From positions 2,026,877 to 2,090,876 of the forward strand of contig OY761449.1 of the NCBI GenBank assembly GCA_963664375.1: a stretch of 64,000 nt of DNA. The letters run 5' to 3'. Of the stretch, positions 9,122-19,084 are shown piece after piece; the first letter of the stretch is position 1, and each line of letters begins with the position of its first letter. Source of the stretch: Dehalococcoidia bacterium. Its GTDB lineage: Bacteria > Chloroflexota > Dehalococcoidia > Lucifugimonadales > UBA3495. Made by a program: the position numbers and the translations under genes. The notes under the pieces are model-generated. The model saw only the letters and a program-made list of their open reading frames with translations. It had not been told where the DNA came from and ran no database searches.

Positions 9122-9272
9122 CGGCATCGCCGTCGGAACGGATATTCAGCCCAGAGCAAAGCCCGGCTTGTTAATTTAACAGCCGGGCTTAAAATATATT
9201 GTCAACCAAAACAAAAACGGCACGCCTTCGCCCTCGGAACCGAAGAGCCGTTGCCGACATCAGGGAGGCCCC

Positions 9273-12200
9273 ATTACGGATAAGCCGCGAAAAGTTCTGG
9301 TGATTGGCTCAGGCCCTATCGTGATTGGACAGGCAGCAGAGTTCGACTATGCGGGCACCCAAGCGTGCAAGGCCCTCCGCGAGGAGGGTGTTGAGACCGT
9401 GCTGGTCAACTCCAATCCCGCGACCATAATGACGGATGCGGGCATCGCCGACCGGGTGTACATCGAACCTCTCACCGTTGAGGTGCTGGAGAGGATCATT
9501 GACCGCGAACGGCCCGACGGGCTGCTGCCCACCCTGGGCGGGCAGACCGGGCTGAACATGGCCGTTGACCTGGCGGATGCGGGCATTCTGGACCGCTACA
9601 ACGTGCGCCTGCTCGGGACGCCCCTGGATACCATCCGCCGGGCCGAAGACCGTGAATTCTTTCGCGCGTTTCTGCACGACATCGGCGAGCCGGAACCGGA
9701 AAACGTAACGGTCTTTTCGATGGAGGAGGCTCGGGAGGTGGCCGCCCGCATGGGCCTGCCGCTGGTTATCCGGCCCGCCTACACCCTGGGCGGCAGCGGC
9801 GGCGGCATCGCCAATACGGAAGAGGAATTCGAGGCCATCGTCCAGGCAGGATTGTCGGCCAGCCCCATTTCCCAGATTCTGCTGGAGCGGTCGCTGGTCG
9901 GCTGGAAGGAGCTGGAGTACGAGGTGCTGCGCGACGGGGCCGACAACTGCATAACCATCTGCAACATGGAAAACCTGGACCCAATGGGCGTGCATACCGG
10001 CGACAGCATCGTGGTGGCCCCCAGCCAGACACTCACCGACAAAGAGTACCAGATGCTGCGAACCGCATCGCTGAAAATCATCCGAGGGCTTGGGATTGAG
10101 GGGGGCTGCAACGTCCAGTTCGCGCTGCCGCCGCATCCCAAGGTTTCCGAAGCCCTCGGCATGACGTGGGAGCCGGACGCGCCCTATTACGTCATCGAGG
10201 TAAACCCCAGGGTCAGCCGCAGCTCTGCCTTGGCCAGCAAAGCCACGGGATACCCGATAGCCCGGGTATCGGCCAAGATCGCGGTCGGAAAGCGGCTGGA
10301 CGAAATCGAGAACGCCGTAACGGGGCAGACCAAAGCCGCCTTCGAGCCTGCGCTGGATTACTGCGTCGTCAAGATACCGCGCTGGCCCTTCGACAAATTC
10401 CCTCACGGCGACCGGCGCACCACCACGCAGATGAAGGCCACCGGCGAGGCCATGGCCATTGACCGCTCCTTCGAGGCGGCGCTGCAAAAGGGCGCGAGAT
10501 CCCTCGAACTGGGCGGCCGCTCCCTGCTGTGGGAAGACCGGGGATGGCGAAACGGAACGGCAACTGCCGATGGCGAACTGCCCCTCGGCCCGAACGACAT
10601 GCGGCTCTGGGGAATAATGGCGGCGCTCAGGCGCGGCTACACGGTCGATCAACTAGTTGAACTCACCTATTTCGACCCGTGGTTTCTCGTGGCCCTGGAG
10701 CGCATCGTCAAGATGGAGCGCCGCCTCCTGTCCGAAAAGCTGACGCCCGACCTGCTGCGCGAATCCAAGATGATCGGGTTCTCAGACGCCCAGATCGGCA
10801 CCCTGGCCGACATGCTCCCGGAGCAGGTGCGCAATCAGCGCCAGCAGTGGGGCCTTCGCCCGGTCTACAAGATGGTGGACACATGCGCCGCAGAATTCGA
10901 GGCGATCACTCCCTACTATTACAGCACCTACGACCAGGAAAATGAGGCCGAGCCGCTGGAGGGCGACAAGACCCTGGTCATTGGCAGCGGCCCAATTCGC
11001 ATCGGTCAGGGCATCGAGTTCGACTATTGCAGCGTCCACGCCGCCTGGGCCCTTTCCGAGTCCGGCGTGCGCAGCATCATGGTCAACTCCAACCCCGAGA
11101 CCGTCTCCACCGATTTCGACTCCAGTGACCGGCTGTATTTCGAGCCTCTGGACGAGGAATCCGTCCGTGACATAATCGACAACGAGACGGGAGACCCGGA
11201 CGACGCCAACAGCCGCCCTCCGTCGTCGCTGGTGCAGTTCGGGGGGCAGACGGCCATCGACCTTTCCCAATCCCTGTCCACTGCCGGAATGCCCATCTTG
11301 GGCTCCAGCGCGGAAGCCATCGACATCGCGTCAGACCGTCAGAAGTTCGAAGACTTCCTCTCCCGGCTGGGCATCCCTCAGCCCCCTGGCGCTGCTGTCA
11401 GCACTGTCAGCGAGGCGTTGCAGGTGGCCCAGACCATCGGCTACCCCGCCGTGGTGCGCCCGAGCTACGTGCTGGGCGGACGGGCTATGGAAATCGTGCA
11501 GAACGCCACCGAGTTGATCCATTACCTCACCGCCGCCACCGAAATGTCCCCCGACCGGCCAGTGCTGATTGACCGCTACATGGAGGGCAAGGAGTGCGAG
11601 GTTGACGCCATCTGCGACGGGGAGGGCGTGCTCATCCCGGGACTCATGGAGCACGTTGAGCGCGCCGGAGTTCACAGTGGGGACTCAATGGCCATCTACC
11701 CCGGCCTCAATTTGACCGAGGAAGAGGTGGACACCATAGTCGATTACACCACTCGCATCGGCCTGGCCCTGGGCGTGCGCGGTGTAATGAACGTGCAGTT
11801 CGTGATTCACGGGGGCGCCGCCTATCGCAGCCCTCAGGTGCCGACCAGCGAAAGCGCTGGCACGACGGTGTACGTGCTGGAGGTCAATCCCCGCGGCAGC
11901 CGCACCATTCCGTTTATCTCCAAGGTCACCGGCATCCCGGTGGCCCGGCTGGCGACCAGGATCATGCTGGGCCATACCCTGGCTGAGGAGGGTTATCCCT
12001 CCGGGCTATGGCCCCGGCAGGGACTGGTGGGAGTGAAGGCCCCGGTGTTCTCCATGGGCAAGCTGGTTGGCGTGGACTGGCACCTGGGGCCGGAAATGAA
12101 GTCCACCGGCGAGGTCATGGGCATAGACCACGACTTCTCGTCGGCCCTCACCAAGGCCCTGCTTGCGGCTCGGCTCAACCTGCGCCAAGGGGTCGGCGTA

Positions 12201-12590
12201 CTCCTCAGCATCGCTGACCAGCACAAGGCGGAGGCGGTCTCTCTGATCCAGGGCCTCAACCGGGCCGGTTGCCCTCTCTATGCTACCGAGGGAACCGCTG
12301 CCATGATCTCGGCCATGGGGCTTCCCGTGACCATGACCACCAAGAAGCTGGGCGAGGGGCATCCCAACGTGGTAGACGTAATCGACGACGGCAGCATCGG
12401 CGCGGTGATCAACACTCTCTCCGGCGAGAGCGACGCGCTCCGCGACGGGTTCTACATTCGCCGGGCCGCGGTCGAGCGCCAGATACCCTGCTTTACCTCG
12501 CTGGACACCGCGCGGGCTGCTGTGGAGAGCTTGCTGACCGGCAACTCCGCCTACTCCATCGGCACCACCAGCGACTATCTGAACGGCTGA
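9273..12590 (+). CDS. carB: carbamoyl-phosphate synthase large subunit
   Basis: Two ATP-grasp halves plus an MGS-like C-terminus. Homology ([28 protein letters not shown]) extends upstream of the only canonical start, GTG 9300. An ATT at 9273 lies 4 nt after GGGAGG (9263-9268). Confidence 0.93.
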   Translation: [1105 protein letters not shown]

Positions 12591-12648
12591 TCGCGGGCGA
12601 GCGCCCCGAACGGGAAGACGCGAAAGCCCTAATGCGGGAGGGACAGGC

Positions 12649-12930
12649 ATGAAATTCAAGGTGGTGCTTTACGAAACTGGCGAGGGGTTTACCGCATTTT
12701 GCCCAGGGCTTAAGGGGTGCATTACGGAGGGCGGCAATCTGGAGGAGACCCTCCGCAACGCACGAATAGCTATCCGCGAATTCATGGAGGCATCGTGGAT
12801 AGAGATGAAAGAGGAAATCGAGCGGGATTCGCAGGACAGCCACGTCATCAGCGTCAGGATGGAGGATGTCGAGGTGAATCTTGACGGTGTGGAGGAAGCG
12901 GAGGCTGACGAGGTCGCCACGGTCACTTAA
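12649..12930 (+). CDS. hicB: HicB family antitoxin (UPF0150)
   Basis: MKFKVVLYETGEGFTAFCPGLKGCITEGGNLEETLRNARIAIREF is the typical HicB N-domain. It sits immediately upstream of a HicA-like ORF. Confidence 0.8.
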   Translation: MKFKVVLYETGEGFTAFCPGLKGCITEGGNLEETLRNARIAIREFMEASWIEMKEEIERDSQDSHVISVRMEDVEVNLDGVEEAEADEVATVT

Positions 12931-12933
12931 ATT

Positions 12934-13146
12934 ATGCCCGTCTTACCCGGCATCAACCACCTGAGAGCCGTTCGCGCATTCGAGAAAGCTGGCTTCCGGG
13001 TCATCAGGCAAGGCAAACACATCACCATGAGCAATGGTGCTGTGTCGGTTCAGATTCCAAGAAACAACCCCATCGCGCCAGTTACCATGGGGGCCATAGT
13101 TACCAAGGCCGGGCTGACCATCGAGCAGTTCCGCGAGCTGCTGTGA
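12934..13146 (+). CDS. hicA: HicA-like mRNA interferase toxin
   Basis: 70 aa; AFEKAGFRVIRQGKHITM...VQIPRNNPI...GLTIEQFRELL matches the YcfA/HicA pattern. It starts 3 nt after hicB. Confidence 0.78.
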   Translation: MPVLPGINHLRAVRAFEKAGFRVIRQGKHITMSNGAVSVQIPRNNPIAPVTMGAIVTKAGLTIEQFRELL

Positions 13147-13189
13147 TGCCGTGGTTCGGCCGATGGGACCCGGTGCCTGCCACGTTCCC

Positions 13190-14143
13190 CTACCAGTCCA
13201 TCTCCATCCCGACGCCGCGCTCCCGGGCGGAATCGTAGGCCAGCTTGGCCGCGGCTACGTCGGCGACACCCGTGCCCATCAGCTTGGCGTACACAATCTG
13301 CCTGTCGTTGTCCCGCCCCGGAATCGCGCCGCAGACCGCGTGCCGCAACTCCGACAGCCGGCTCCAGTTCAGCAGTCCCTTGTCAACGGCGGCGGAGATG
13401 TCGCCGGCCTCGATGGAAACCTGGTCCAATGAGTCGACGAACAACTTGTCCGCTCGCCTCAGCGTCTCTTCGTCCACCTCGCTGACGCGCCACGTCGTCG
13501 GGCCAGCGCCGATTACGGTTGCGCCTTCCTTGAGCCAACTGCCCTGTACGACGGGCTCGGCCGTGGCGGCAATCCCGATTACCAGGTCGCAATCCCGGAC
13601 GGCGTCCTCGTTGGAGTCCGCGGCCTTCACCGAAATTCCCATTGTGTCGGACATTCGCGCGGCAAAATCGGCGCGGCGCTCTGCATTGCGGCTGAACGCC
13701 TTGACTCCGGCAATCTCCCGCACGGCGGCGACCGCCTGCAACTGCGTTGGCGCTTGTCCTCCGGTGCCAATGATGCCAACCTGCAACGGCCCGCTACGGG
13801 AGAGGTGCTTTACGGCGACGCCAGTGGTCGCGCCGGTGCGCAGTTGGCCCAAGCGGTTAGCCTGCGTATACAGCAGGAGCTTCCCGGTCTCCGCGTCGTA
13901 GAGGCTTACCTGGAAGGAGTAGGAGCCCCGCACCACGGTGTAGGTCTTTACGCCCAAAACGCTGTCGTAGAACAGCCCGCCGCCCATCACGGAGAGCATC
14001 CCCGTTTCCGCGATGATCTTCCGCCGGCCCAGGTTGTAGGCTTCGCCCTGGCCGTACCGGGTCTGCATGGTCTCGATGGCTCCCAGCATTTCGTCCATCG
14101 ATACGCACTGGGCAACGTCTTCATCGCGAAGGAACAGCGCCAT
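13190..14143 (-). CDS. ornithine cyclodeaminase / mu-crystallin family protein
   Basis: LRTGATTGVAVKHL, VGIIGTGGQAPTQL (Rossmann). ATG 14143 is preceded by GGGAGG. Confidence 0.85.
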   Translation of the reverse strand: MALFLRDEDVAQCVSMDEMLGAIETMQTRYGQGEAYNLGRRKIIAETGMLSVMGGGLFYDSVLGVKTYTVVRGSYSFQVSLYDAETGKLLLYTQANRLGQLRTGATTGVAVKHLSRSGPLQVGIIGTGGQAPTQLQAVAAVREIAGVKAFSRNAERRADFAARMSDTMGISVKAADSNEDAVRDCDLVIGIAATAEPVVQGSWLKEGATVIGAGPTTWRVSEVDEETLRRADKLFVDSLDQVSIEAGDISAAVDKGLLNWSRLSELRHAVCGAIPGRDNDRQIVYAKLMGTGVADVAAAKLAYDSARERGVGMEMDW

Positions 14144-14349
14144 GACCAACGGCCTCCCTGTAATGGGGTCTCGGGAACTGAGGGCTGCCCCCTGTCGGAA
14201 CCCGGCGAGGGCAAACCCTGAACTCGGAAATGAAAAACCGACCGGCAAATTGCCGTGCGGGTCCCGTCAACCTGATCTCCGTCTTACTCCGATTCGAGAG
14301 AACAGGGTCAAGACCCGGCGAAAATCAGGAACTACCGACGCGCTACCGC

Positions 14350-14589
14350 CTATTTGAAGTAGTCCCGGTTCTTGGCGATGAACTGGCGCTGGTCGCTGGG
14401 AACCCTGAACTCGTCGAATATCGCGTTGACCGGGCACACCGACTCGCAATAGGCGCAGTCAATGCAGGCTATTGGGTCGATGAAATACTGCTCAACGCCG
14501 TCGTCGGTCTGGATGCAGTCAACGGGGCATACTTCGACGCAGGTCGCGTCTTTCACGCCGATGCAGGGCTCAGTTATCACGAATGGCAT
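14350..14589 (-). CDS. ferredoxin (7Fe-type, FdxA-like)
   Basis: CIGVKDATCVEVCPVDC ... CIDCAYCESVCP cysteine patterns. Confidence 0.9.
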   Translation of the reverse strand: MPFVITEPCIGVKDATCVEVCPVDCIQTDDGVEQYFIDPIACIDCAYCESVCPVNAIFDEFRVPSDQRQFIAKNRDYFK

Positions 14590-14772
14590 GTCGTCAACCC
14601 GAAGGCGCTGCCCGCCCTGTCCTTATCTTCAGTGCTGGCTGGCCCGGACAGGATACACTGAATTCCGGCACAGTGAGCACGCATCATTCTTGTTTTTGCT
14701 CACATATTTTGTCAAGGGATACTGTATGATATATTTTATCGAAAATGTAGCGGGGATTCTGAGGACAAATTC

Positions 14773-15726
14773 ATGGAATTACGAGAACTGATTAGCTTTT
14801 ACCACGTGGCCAGGCTGCGCAGCGTATCCAAGGCTGCCAGAACCCTGGAACTGGGACAGCCAACGGTAACCACCCACCTGCGGAAGCTGGAGAGCGAGTT
14901 CGGTATCACCCTGTTTGATCGAATCAAGCGCCCCATCCAGCTGACCTCCGAGGGCATAACCCTGCTTGAGCTGGTCACTCCGGTGGTAACATCCATCGAG
15001 GTGCTGAAACGGCAGATGGACTACGCCGACCGCCGGGGATCGTTCATCGTCGGCGCTTACCCCGACCTGATAGCGCATCACCTTCCCAAGGGTATCCAAG
15101 CCTTTCGGGAAGAGTATCCCGACATACGCATCAGGCTGATGGCGCGGGCCTATGACCCGCTGATGCAACTGGTCCGTTCCGGCGAGATTGACCTTGCCTT
15201 CTGCTCACCGCCTCCGCCCGACGACACTTCCCTGGAATTCCAGGAATTGTTCGAATACAACGCCGTCCTGATGACCCCTCTGGGACATCCCCTGATTGGA
15301 CGCAAGAACATCACCCTGGAGGAAGTGGTGGCGGCCCCGCTGATCCTGCCGGGACAGGAGAGTTTCCTGCGTCAGAGGGTTGACCAGGCCATGAAGTCCC
15401 AGGGCCTCGTGGGAGACGTGGTGCTGTCCCTGGACAACATGGAATCCATCAAACGTTACGTGGAAATCGGCATGGGGCTGGCGGTGGCCGTGGACTTTAC
15501 CGTGCGTCCGGAAGACCATGACCACGTGGGGATAGTGCGGTTGGACCACCTCTTCCCGGGCTCGGTCATCGGAATCTGCACCCTGAAGGGCAAGTTCATG
15601 GGGCAGGGCGTGCGAAACTTCACGCAGATGATGTCCGAGTACATGAGCGGCTACCACGCCGAGCTGTGGGAAACGCCGCTGCCGGTAATAAGCCGACAGA
15701 CACCGCCGATAATCGACGACGCCTAG
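14773..15726 (+). CDS. LysR family transcriptional regulator
   Basis: N-terminal wHTH (FYHVARLRSVSKAARTLELGQPTVTTHLRKLE) plus a substrate-binding domain. Confidence 0.9.
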   Translation: MELRELISFYHVARLRSVSKAARTLELGQPTVTTHLRKLESEFGITLFDRIKRPIQLTSEGITLLELVTPVVTSIEVLKRQMDYADRRGSFIVGAYPDLIAHHLPKGIQAFREEYPDIRIRLMARAYDPLMQLVRSGEIDLAFCSPPPPDDTSLEFQELFEYNAVLMTPLGHPLIGRKNITLEEVVAAPLILPGQESFLRQRVDQAMKSQGLVGDVVLSLDNMESIKRYVEIGMGLAVAVDFTVRPEDHDHVGIVRLDHLFPGSVIGICTLKGKFMGQGVRNFTQMMSEYMSGYHAELWETPLPVISRQTPPIIDDA

Positions 15727-15773
15727 CGCGTATTTGCAAACCACAAACAGGGCCGGAAATCGCCGCCAAAATC

Positions 15774-15812
15774 CCCTCTCCCTTGAGGGAGAGGGTTAGG
15801 GTGAGGGTGAAC
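15774..15812. repeat. REP-like element (family 1)
   Basis: ccctctcccttgagggagagggttagggtgagggtgaa. Confidence 0.8.
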
Positions 15813-15875
15813 CTCCTGCATCAAATAAAGCGGCCATGCCCAATTCTCCCTGCTCTTGGAGTTTGCAAACACATC

Positions 15876-16070
15876 CTAGCCTTCGCCGCTGGCAACGACG
15901 CTGCGTATCCGCCGCGCCAGATGGGCCCTGGGTATCATCACGTAGCGGCCGCACTTACGGCATACCAGGCCGATGTCAGCGCCCAGGCGTGTGACCGTCC
16001 AAAGGTACTCGCCGCAGGGGTGCGGCTTTTTCAGCCGCACCACGTCGCCGAGTTTCAGTTCGAGGGCCAT
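15876..16070 (-). CDS. DUF951 family small protein
   Basis: LKLGDVVRLKKPHPCGEYLWTVTRLGADIGLVCRKCGRYVMIPR, a typical DUF951 CxxC...CxxC pattern. It overlaps the pyrF stop by 16 nt. Confidence 0.75.
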   Translation of the reverse strand: MALELKLGDVVRLKKPHPCGEYLWTVTRLGADIGLVCRKCGRYVMIPRAHLARRIRSVVASGEG

Positions 16071-16897
16071 CCCAGTCCGCCCTCATCCAGCACGGAGTTG
16101 ATGGAATCCCGCAGATTCGTCGCTGCCCGCCCGGCGGCGTCTGCGAAATCCGCGCCCCGCGAGGCATAGATGATGCCCCGCGAGGAATTGATGAGCGCCA
16201 GCCGCCCCGATTGGTCGACACCGGCTTTGACCGCTGCCGCCAATTCTCCGCCTTGCGCTCCCACGCCGGGTATCAGGATGGGCATGGACGGGCACAGCTC
16301 GCGCACCGTTGCCAGTTGGTCCGGGACGGTTGCCCCGACAACAAGTCCCACGTTGCCCTTGACGTTCCAACCGGCGCAGGCCCTGGCCACTGACAGGTAC
16401 AGCGGCGTTTCTTGGCCGTCTTTAACGATGTTCAAGTCCTGAAAGTCAGCCGATCCAGGATTTGACCCCCGGCACCAGACGAAAACGCCACAGGATTCAT
16501 CCTCCAGGAAAGGCTCGACAGTGTCCCCGCCGCCCCAGGCGTTGACGGTCAAGGCATCGAACCCCCAGACCTCGAACATGGCCTTGGCGTAGGCCCTTGC
16601 GGACGGCCCGATGTCGCCCCGCTTGGCGTCGCCGATAATCACGGCATGCCCCGCCACCTGCCGTATGTGGGCTATGGTGCGCTCCAGGGCTGTCAATCCC
16701 GGCAATCCCAGGGCTTCGTAAAAGGCCAGGTTTGGCTTGAACGCGCAAGCGACCGCAGCCGTCGCATCGACGATGGCGCGGTTGAACTCGACCACGTCCT
16801 GGACAGGCATCAGCGCCGGGTCGGGGTCAAGGCCAACGCACACCAGGCTGCTGGTGGCGTCGCTGGCTTGGCGAATCTTGTCCGTGAAAGTACTCAT
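16055..16897 (-). CDS. pyrF: orotidine 5'-phosphate decarboxylase (type 2)
   Basis: LVCVGLDPD, IIGDAKRGDIG, PGVGAQGG motifs. ATG at 16897 chosen (MSTFTDKIRQ...). Confidence 0.88.
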   Translation of the reverse strand: MSTFTDKIRQASDATSSLVCVGLDPDPALMPVQDVVEFNRAIVDATAAVACAFKPNLAFYEALGLPGLTALERTIAHIRQVAGHAVIIGDAKRGDIGPSARAYAKAMFEVWGFDALTVNAWGGGDTVEPFLEDESCGVFVWCRGSNPGSADFQDLNIVKDGQETPLYLSVARACAGWNVKGNVGLVVGATVPDQLATVRELCPSMPILIPGVGAQGGELAAAVKAGVDQSGRLALINSSRGIIYASRGADFADAAGRAATNLRDSINSVLDEGGLGWPSN

Positions 16898-16992
16898 GCA
16901 ATCGTCGATTCCGTTGTCCTGTTGGGTGTCCATTGTTACCATTGCCGTGGCAGAGCGCAAGAGCGTCCCGATGGTGAATCAGGGTCTCTAAT

Positions 16993-17113
16993 CCCCTTAC
17001 CTTTAGATAGGGAAGGTTGGCGTAGGGGTGAAATCCTGCCTTTCAGCCCTTTCAGCGATGCGGCGCTGGAAGAGGAAACTCCCTCACCCTAACCCTCTCC
17101 CAGAGGGAGAGGG
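16993..17113. repeat. two REP-like elements, head to head
   Basis: A degenerate copy at 16993-17033 (ccccttacctttagatagggaaggttggcgtaggggtgaa) and an inverted copy at 17079-17113 (ctccctcaccctaaccctctcccagagggagaggg). They lie in the divergent pyrF/sfsA intergenic region. Confidence 0.75.
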
Positions 17114-17145
17114 AACAACTAAAAGCCCTTGGAGAGCGGCTACAG

Positions 17146-17871
17146 ATGCAATTGGGCGAGGACTTGGTCAGGGCGTCCTTCGTTCGCAGGGTGAACCGCT
17201 TTCTTGCCTTGGTCAACCTCTGCGGGCAGGAGACCGGCGTCCACGTGGCAAATTCCGGCCGGCTGCGCGAGCTGTTCGTTCCGGGGGCAGAAGTCTGGCT
17301 CAAACCCGCGGCAGCGCCGGGTCGCAAGACGGCTTACGACTTGGCGCTGGTGCTGGCCGACGGGGTGCTCGTGTCTGCCGACGCCAGGCTGCCCAACTCG
17401 CTGGTGGCCGAGGCCGTGGCCGCCGGGTCGCTGGATTGGCTCACCGGGCCAGTGAAAGTAACCAGAGAGTCCACCTTTGGCGAGAGCCGCTTTGACCTGT
17501 TGCTGGAGAACGAGGCAGGGCGCAGATACGTCGAGGTCAAGTCCTGCACTTTGGTGGAGAACGGAGTGGGGTTGTTTCCGGACTCGCCGACAACGCGGGG
17601 AGCAAAGCATTTGAAGACCCTGGCGGAGGCGGTGGCTGCTGGCCACAGCGCCAGCGTGATTTTCGTGGCGCAGCGGCCCGACGCGCGCGCATTCGCCACC
17701 AATGACCCTGCCGACCCCGATCTCGCCGCCGCCTTTCAGGACGCGGTTGGCCGCGGCGTGGAAGCCTATGCCTACAACTGCCGCGTTACGCGCTGGGAAG
17801 TGGCGTTGGACAGGCAATTGCCCATCGTTCCCTTTGCCTCGATTGGCGCGACAGCGGAGCGCGTCCAATGA
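17146..17871 (+). CDS. sfsA: DNA/RNA nuclease SfsA
   Basis: FVRRVNRFLALV...VHVANSGRLRELF...RFDLLL...VEVKS pattern of the SfsA family. Confidence 0.88.
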   Translation: MQLGEDLVRASFVRRVNRFLALVNLCGQETGVHVANSGRLRELFVPGAEVWLKPAAAPGRKTAYDLALVLADGVLVSADARLPNSLVAEAVAAGSLDWLTGPVKVTRESTFGESRFDLLLENEAGRRYVEVKSCTLVENGVGLFPDSPTTRGAKHLKTLAEAVAAGHSASVIFVAQRPDARAFATNDPADPDLAAAFQDAVGRGVEAYAYNCRVTRWEVALDRQLPIVPFASIGATAERVQ

Positions 17872-18578
17872 GCGGCTTTCTGGAACGCACCGAGTTGGCC
17901 GGTCTGCTGGGCGAGGTCTACAACCGCCTCCTGGATTGCTATGGGCCGCAAGGCTGGTGGCCCGCCGAAAGCCCGTTCGAGGTAATCGTGGGAGCCATCC
18001 TCACACAATCGACAGCGTGGGTGAACGTCGAAAAGGCGTTAGCATCTATGAGGGACAAAGGCTGCTGGTCGTTTGAAGCGATTGCAGAGCTGCCGACGGA
18101 CGAACTGGCCGAGACCATCAGGTCCTCCGGTTATTTCAACGCCAAGGCGCGCAAGCTCCAGGCCTTTGCAAGTCACATAATCGAGAATTACGGCGGCGAC
18201 TTGGACGGCATGCTTGACAAGGAAGTCTCGGAACTCAGGAGCGAGCTGCTCTCGATCCACGGCATCGGCGAAGAGACTGCCGACGACATCATCGTCTACG
18301 CTGCCGGAAAGCCGTCATTCGTGATGGACAGTTACACCCGGCGCATCGTCGACCGCATGGGCCTGACGCCCGAGGGCAGAAACCCGGGCTACCGCGCCTA
18401 CCAGTCTCTGTTCCAGGACAACCTGCCCGGCGACACCGCGCTGTTCAACGAGTATCACGCCCTCCTGGACCACCACGCCAAGGTGACTTGCGCCAAGCGC
18501 GAACCTCGCTGTCGGGAATGTTGCCTGGCGGATTTGTGTCCCACTGGCCGTGAGTCGAGCCGGGACGCCCCAAATTGA
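17868..18578 (+). CDS. endonuclease III-like HhH-GPD base-excision repair protein
   Basis: HhH motif (LLSIHGIGEETADDIIVYA) and C-terminal CxxxxxxCxxCxxxxxC Fe-S loop. The start overlaps the sfsA stop (ATGA). Confidence 0.85.
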   Translation: MSGFLERTELAGLLGEVYNRLLDCYGPQGWWPAESPFEVIVGAILTQSTAWVNVEKALASMRDKGCWSFEAIAELPTDELAETIRSSGYFNAKARKLQAFASHIIENYGGDLDGMLDKEVSELRSELLSIHGIGEETADDIIVYAAGKPSFVMDSYTRRIVDRMGLTPEGRNPGYRAYQSLFQDNLPGDTALFNEYHALLDHHAKVTCAKREPRCRECCLADLCPTGRESSRDAPN

Positions 18579-18654
18579 CGGCCTTTCAGCGCCGACTTAT
18601 GATTCCGGCATCAGAAACGGGCGCCAACAAATTTCACCCATAAGGAGATTCAGG

Positions 18655-19005
18655 ATGCAGGTAGTGAGAATCTATACCGGAGACGACGGCGAGTCGCATT
18701 TCGAGGAACTCGACCTTCCCTTCGAGGCGGTCGCCCAGGCCGAAAGAACCGCAGCGCAGAACGCTTCCAGCGTCACCTTCAGCCGCACCCAGCCGGGCAA
18801 TTTCATTGACTGGCATCCCGCGCCGCGCCGCCAGTACGTCATTACCTTGGACGGGCAGGCGGAAATCGGCTTGGGCAACGGCACGAAGCGTATCTTCAAC
18901 CCCGGCGACGTGCTGCTGGCCGATGACCTGACCGGGCGCGGCCACACCACCGCCGTCCACGGCGACAAGCCCCGCGTCTCGGTCGCCATCCCCATCGCCG
19001 ACTAA
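18655..19005 (+). CDS. cupin domain protein
   Basis: ATG 18655 after aaggag. The protein is small and beta-rich with WHPAPRRQYVITLDG...GDVLLADD...GH. Confidence 0.7.
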   Translation: MQVVRIYTGDDGESHFEELDLPFEAVAQAERTAAQNASSVTFSRTQPGNFIDWHPAPRRQYVITLDGQAEIGLGNGTKRIFNPGDVLLADDLTGRGHTTAVHGDKPRVSVAIPIAD

Positions 19006-19026
19006 AAGCGCGACAGCACTGAAATC

Positions 19027-19051
19027 AGGGGCAACCCTTGTGGTTGCCCCT
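19027..19051 (+). terminator. perfect 10-bp hairpin downstream of the cupin gene (no T-tract)
   Basis: aggggcaacc-cttgt-ggttgcccct. Confidence 0.4.
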
Positions 19052-19084
19052 ATCGCGCGAAACCGCCACAAACGCGGCTACATA

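Noticed and set aside
15858-15880. 12-nt match (gtttgcaaacac...ctag) to the 3' end of the IS5 pseudogene (19530-19554), suggesting another IS scar.
   Set aside because: The match is too short to distinguish from chance, no further transposase-like sequence lies around it, and it overlaps the DUF951 stop codon.
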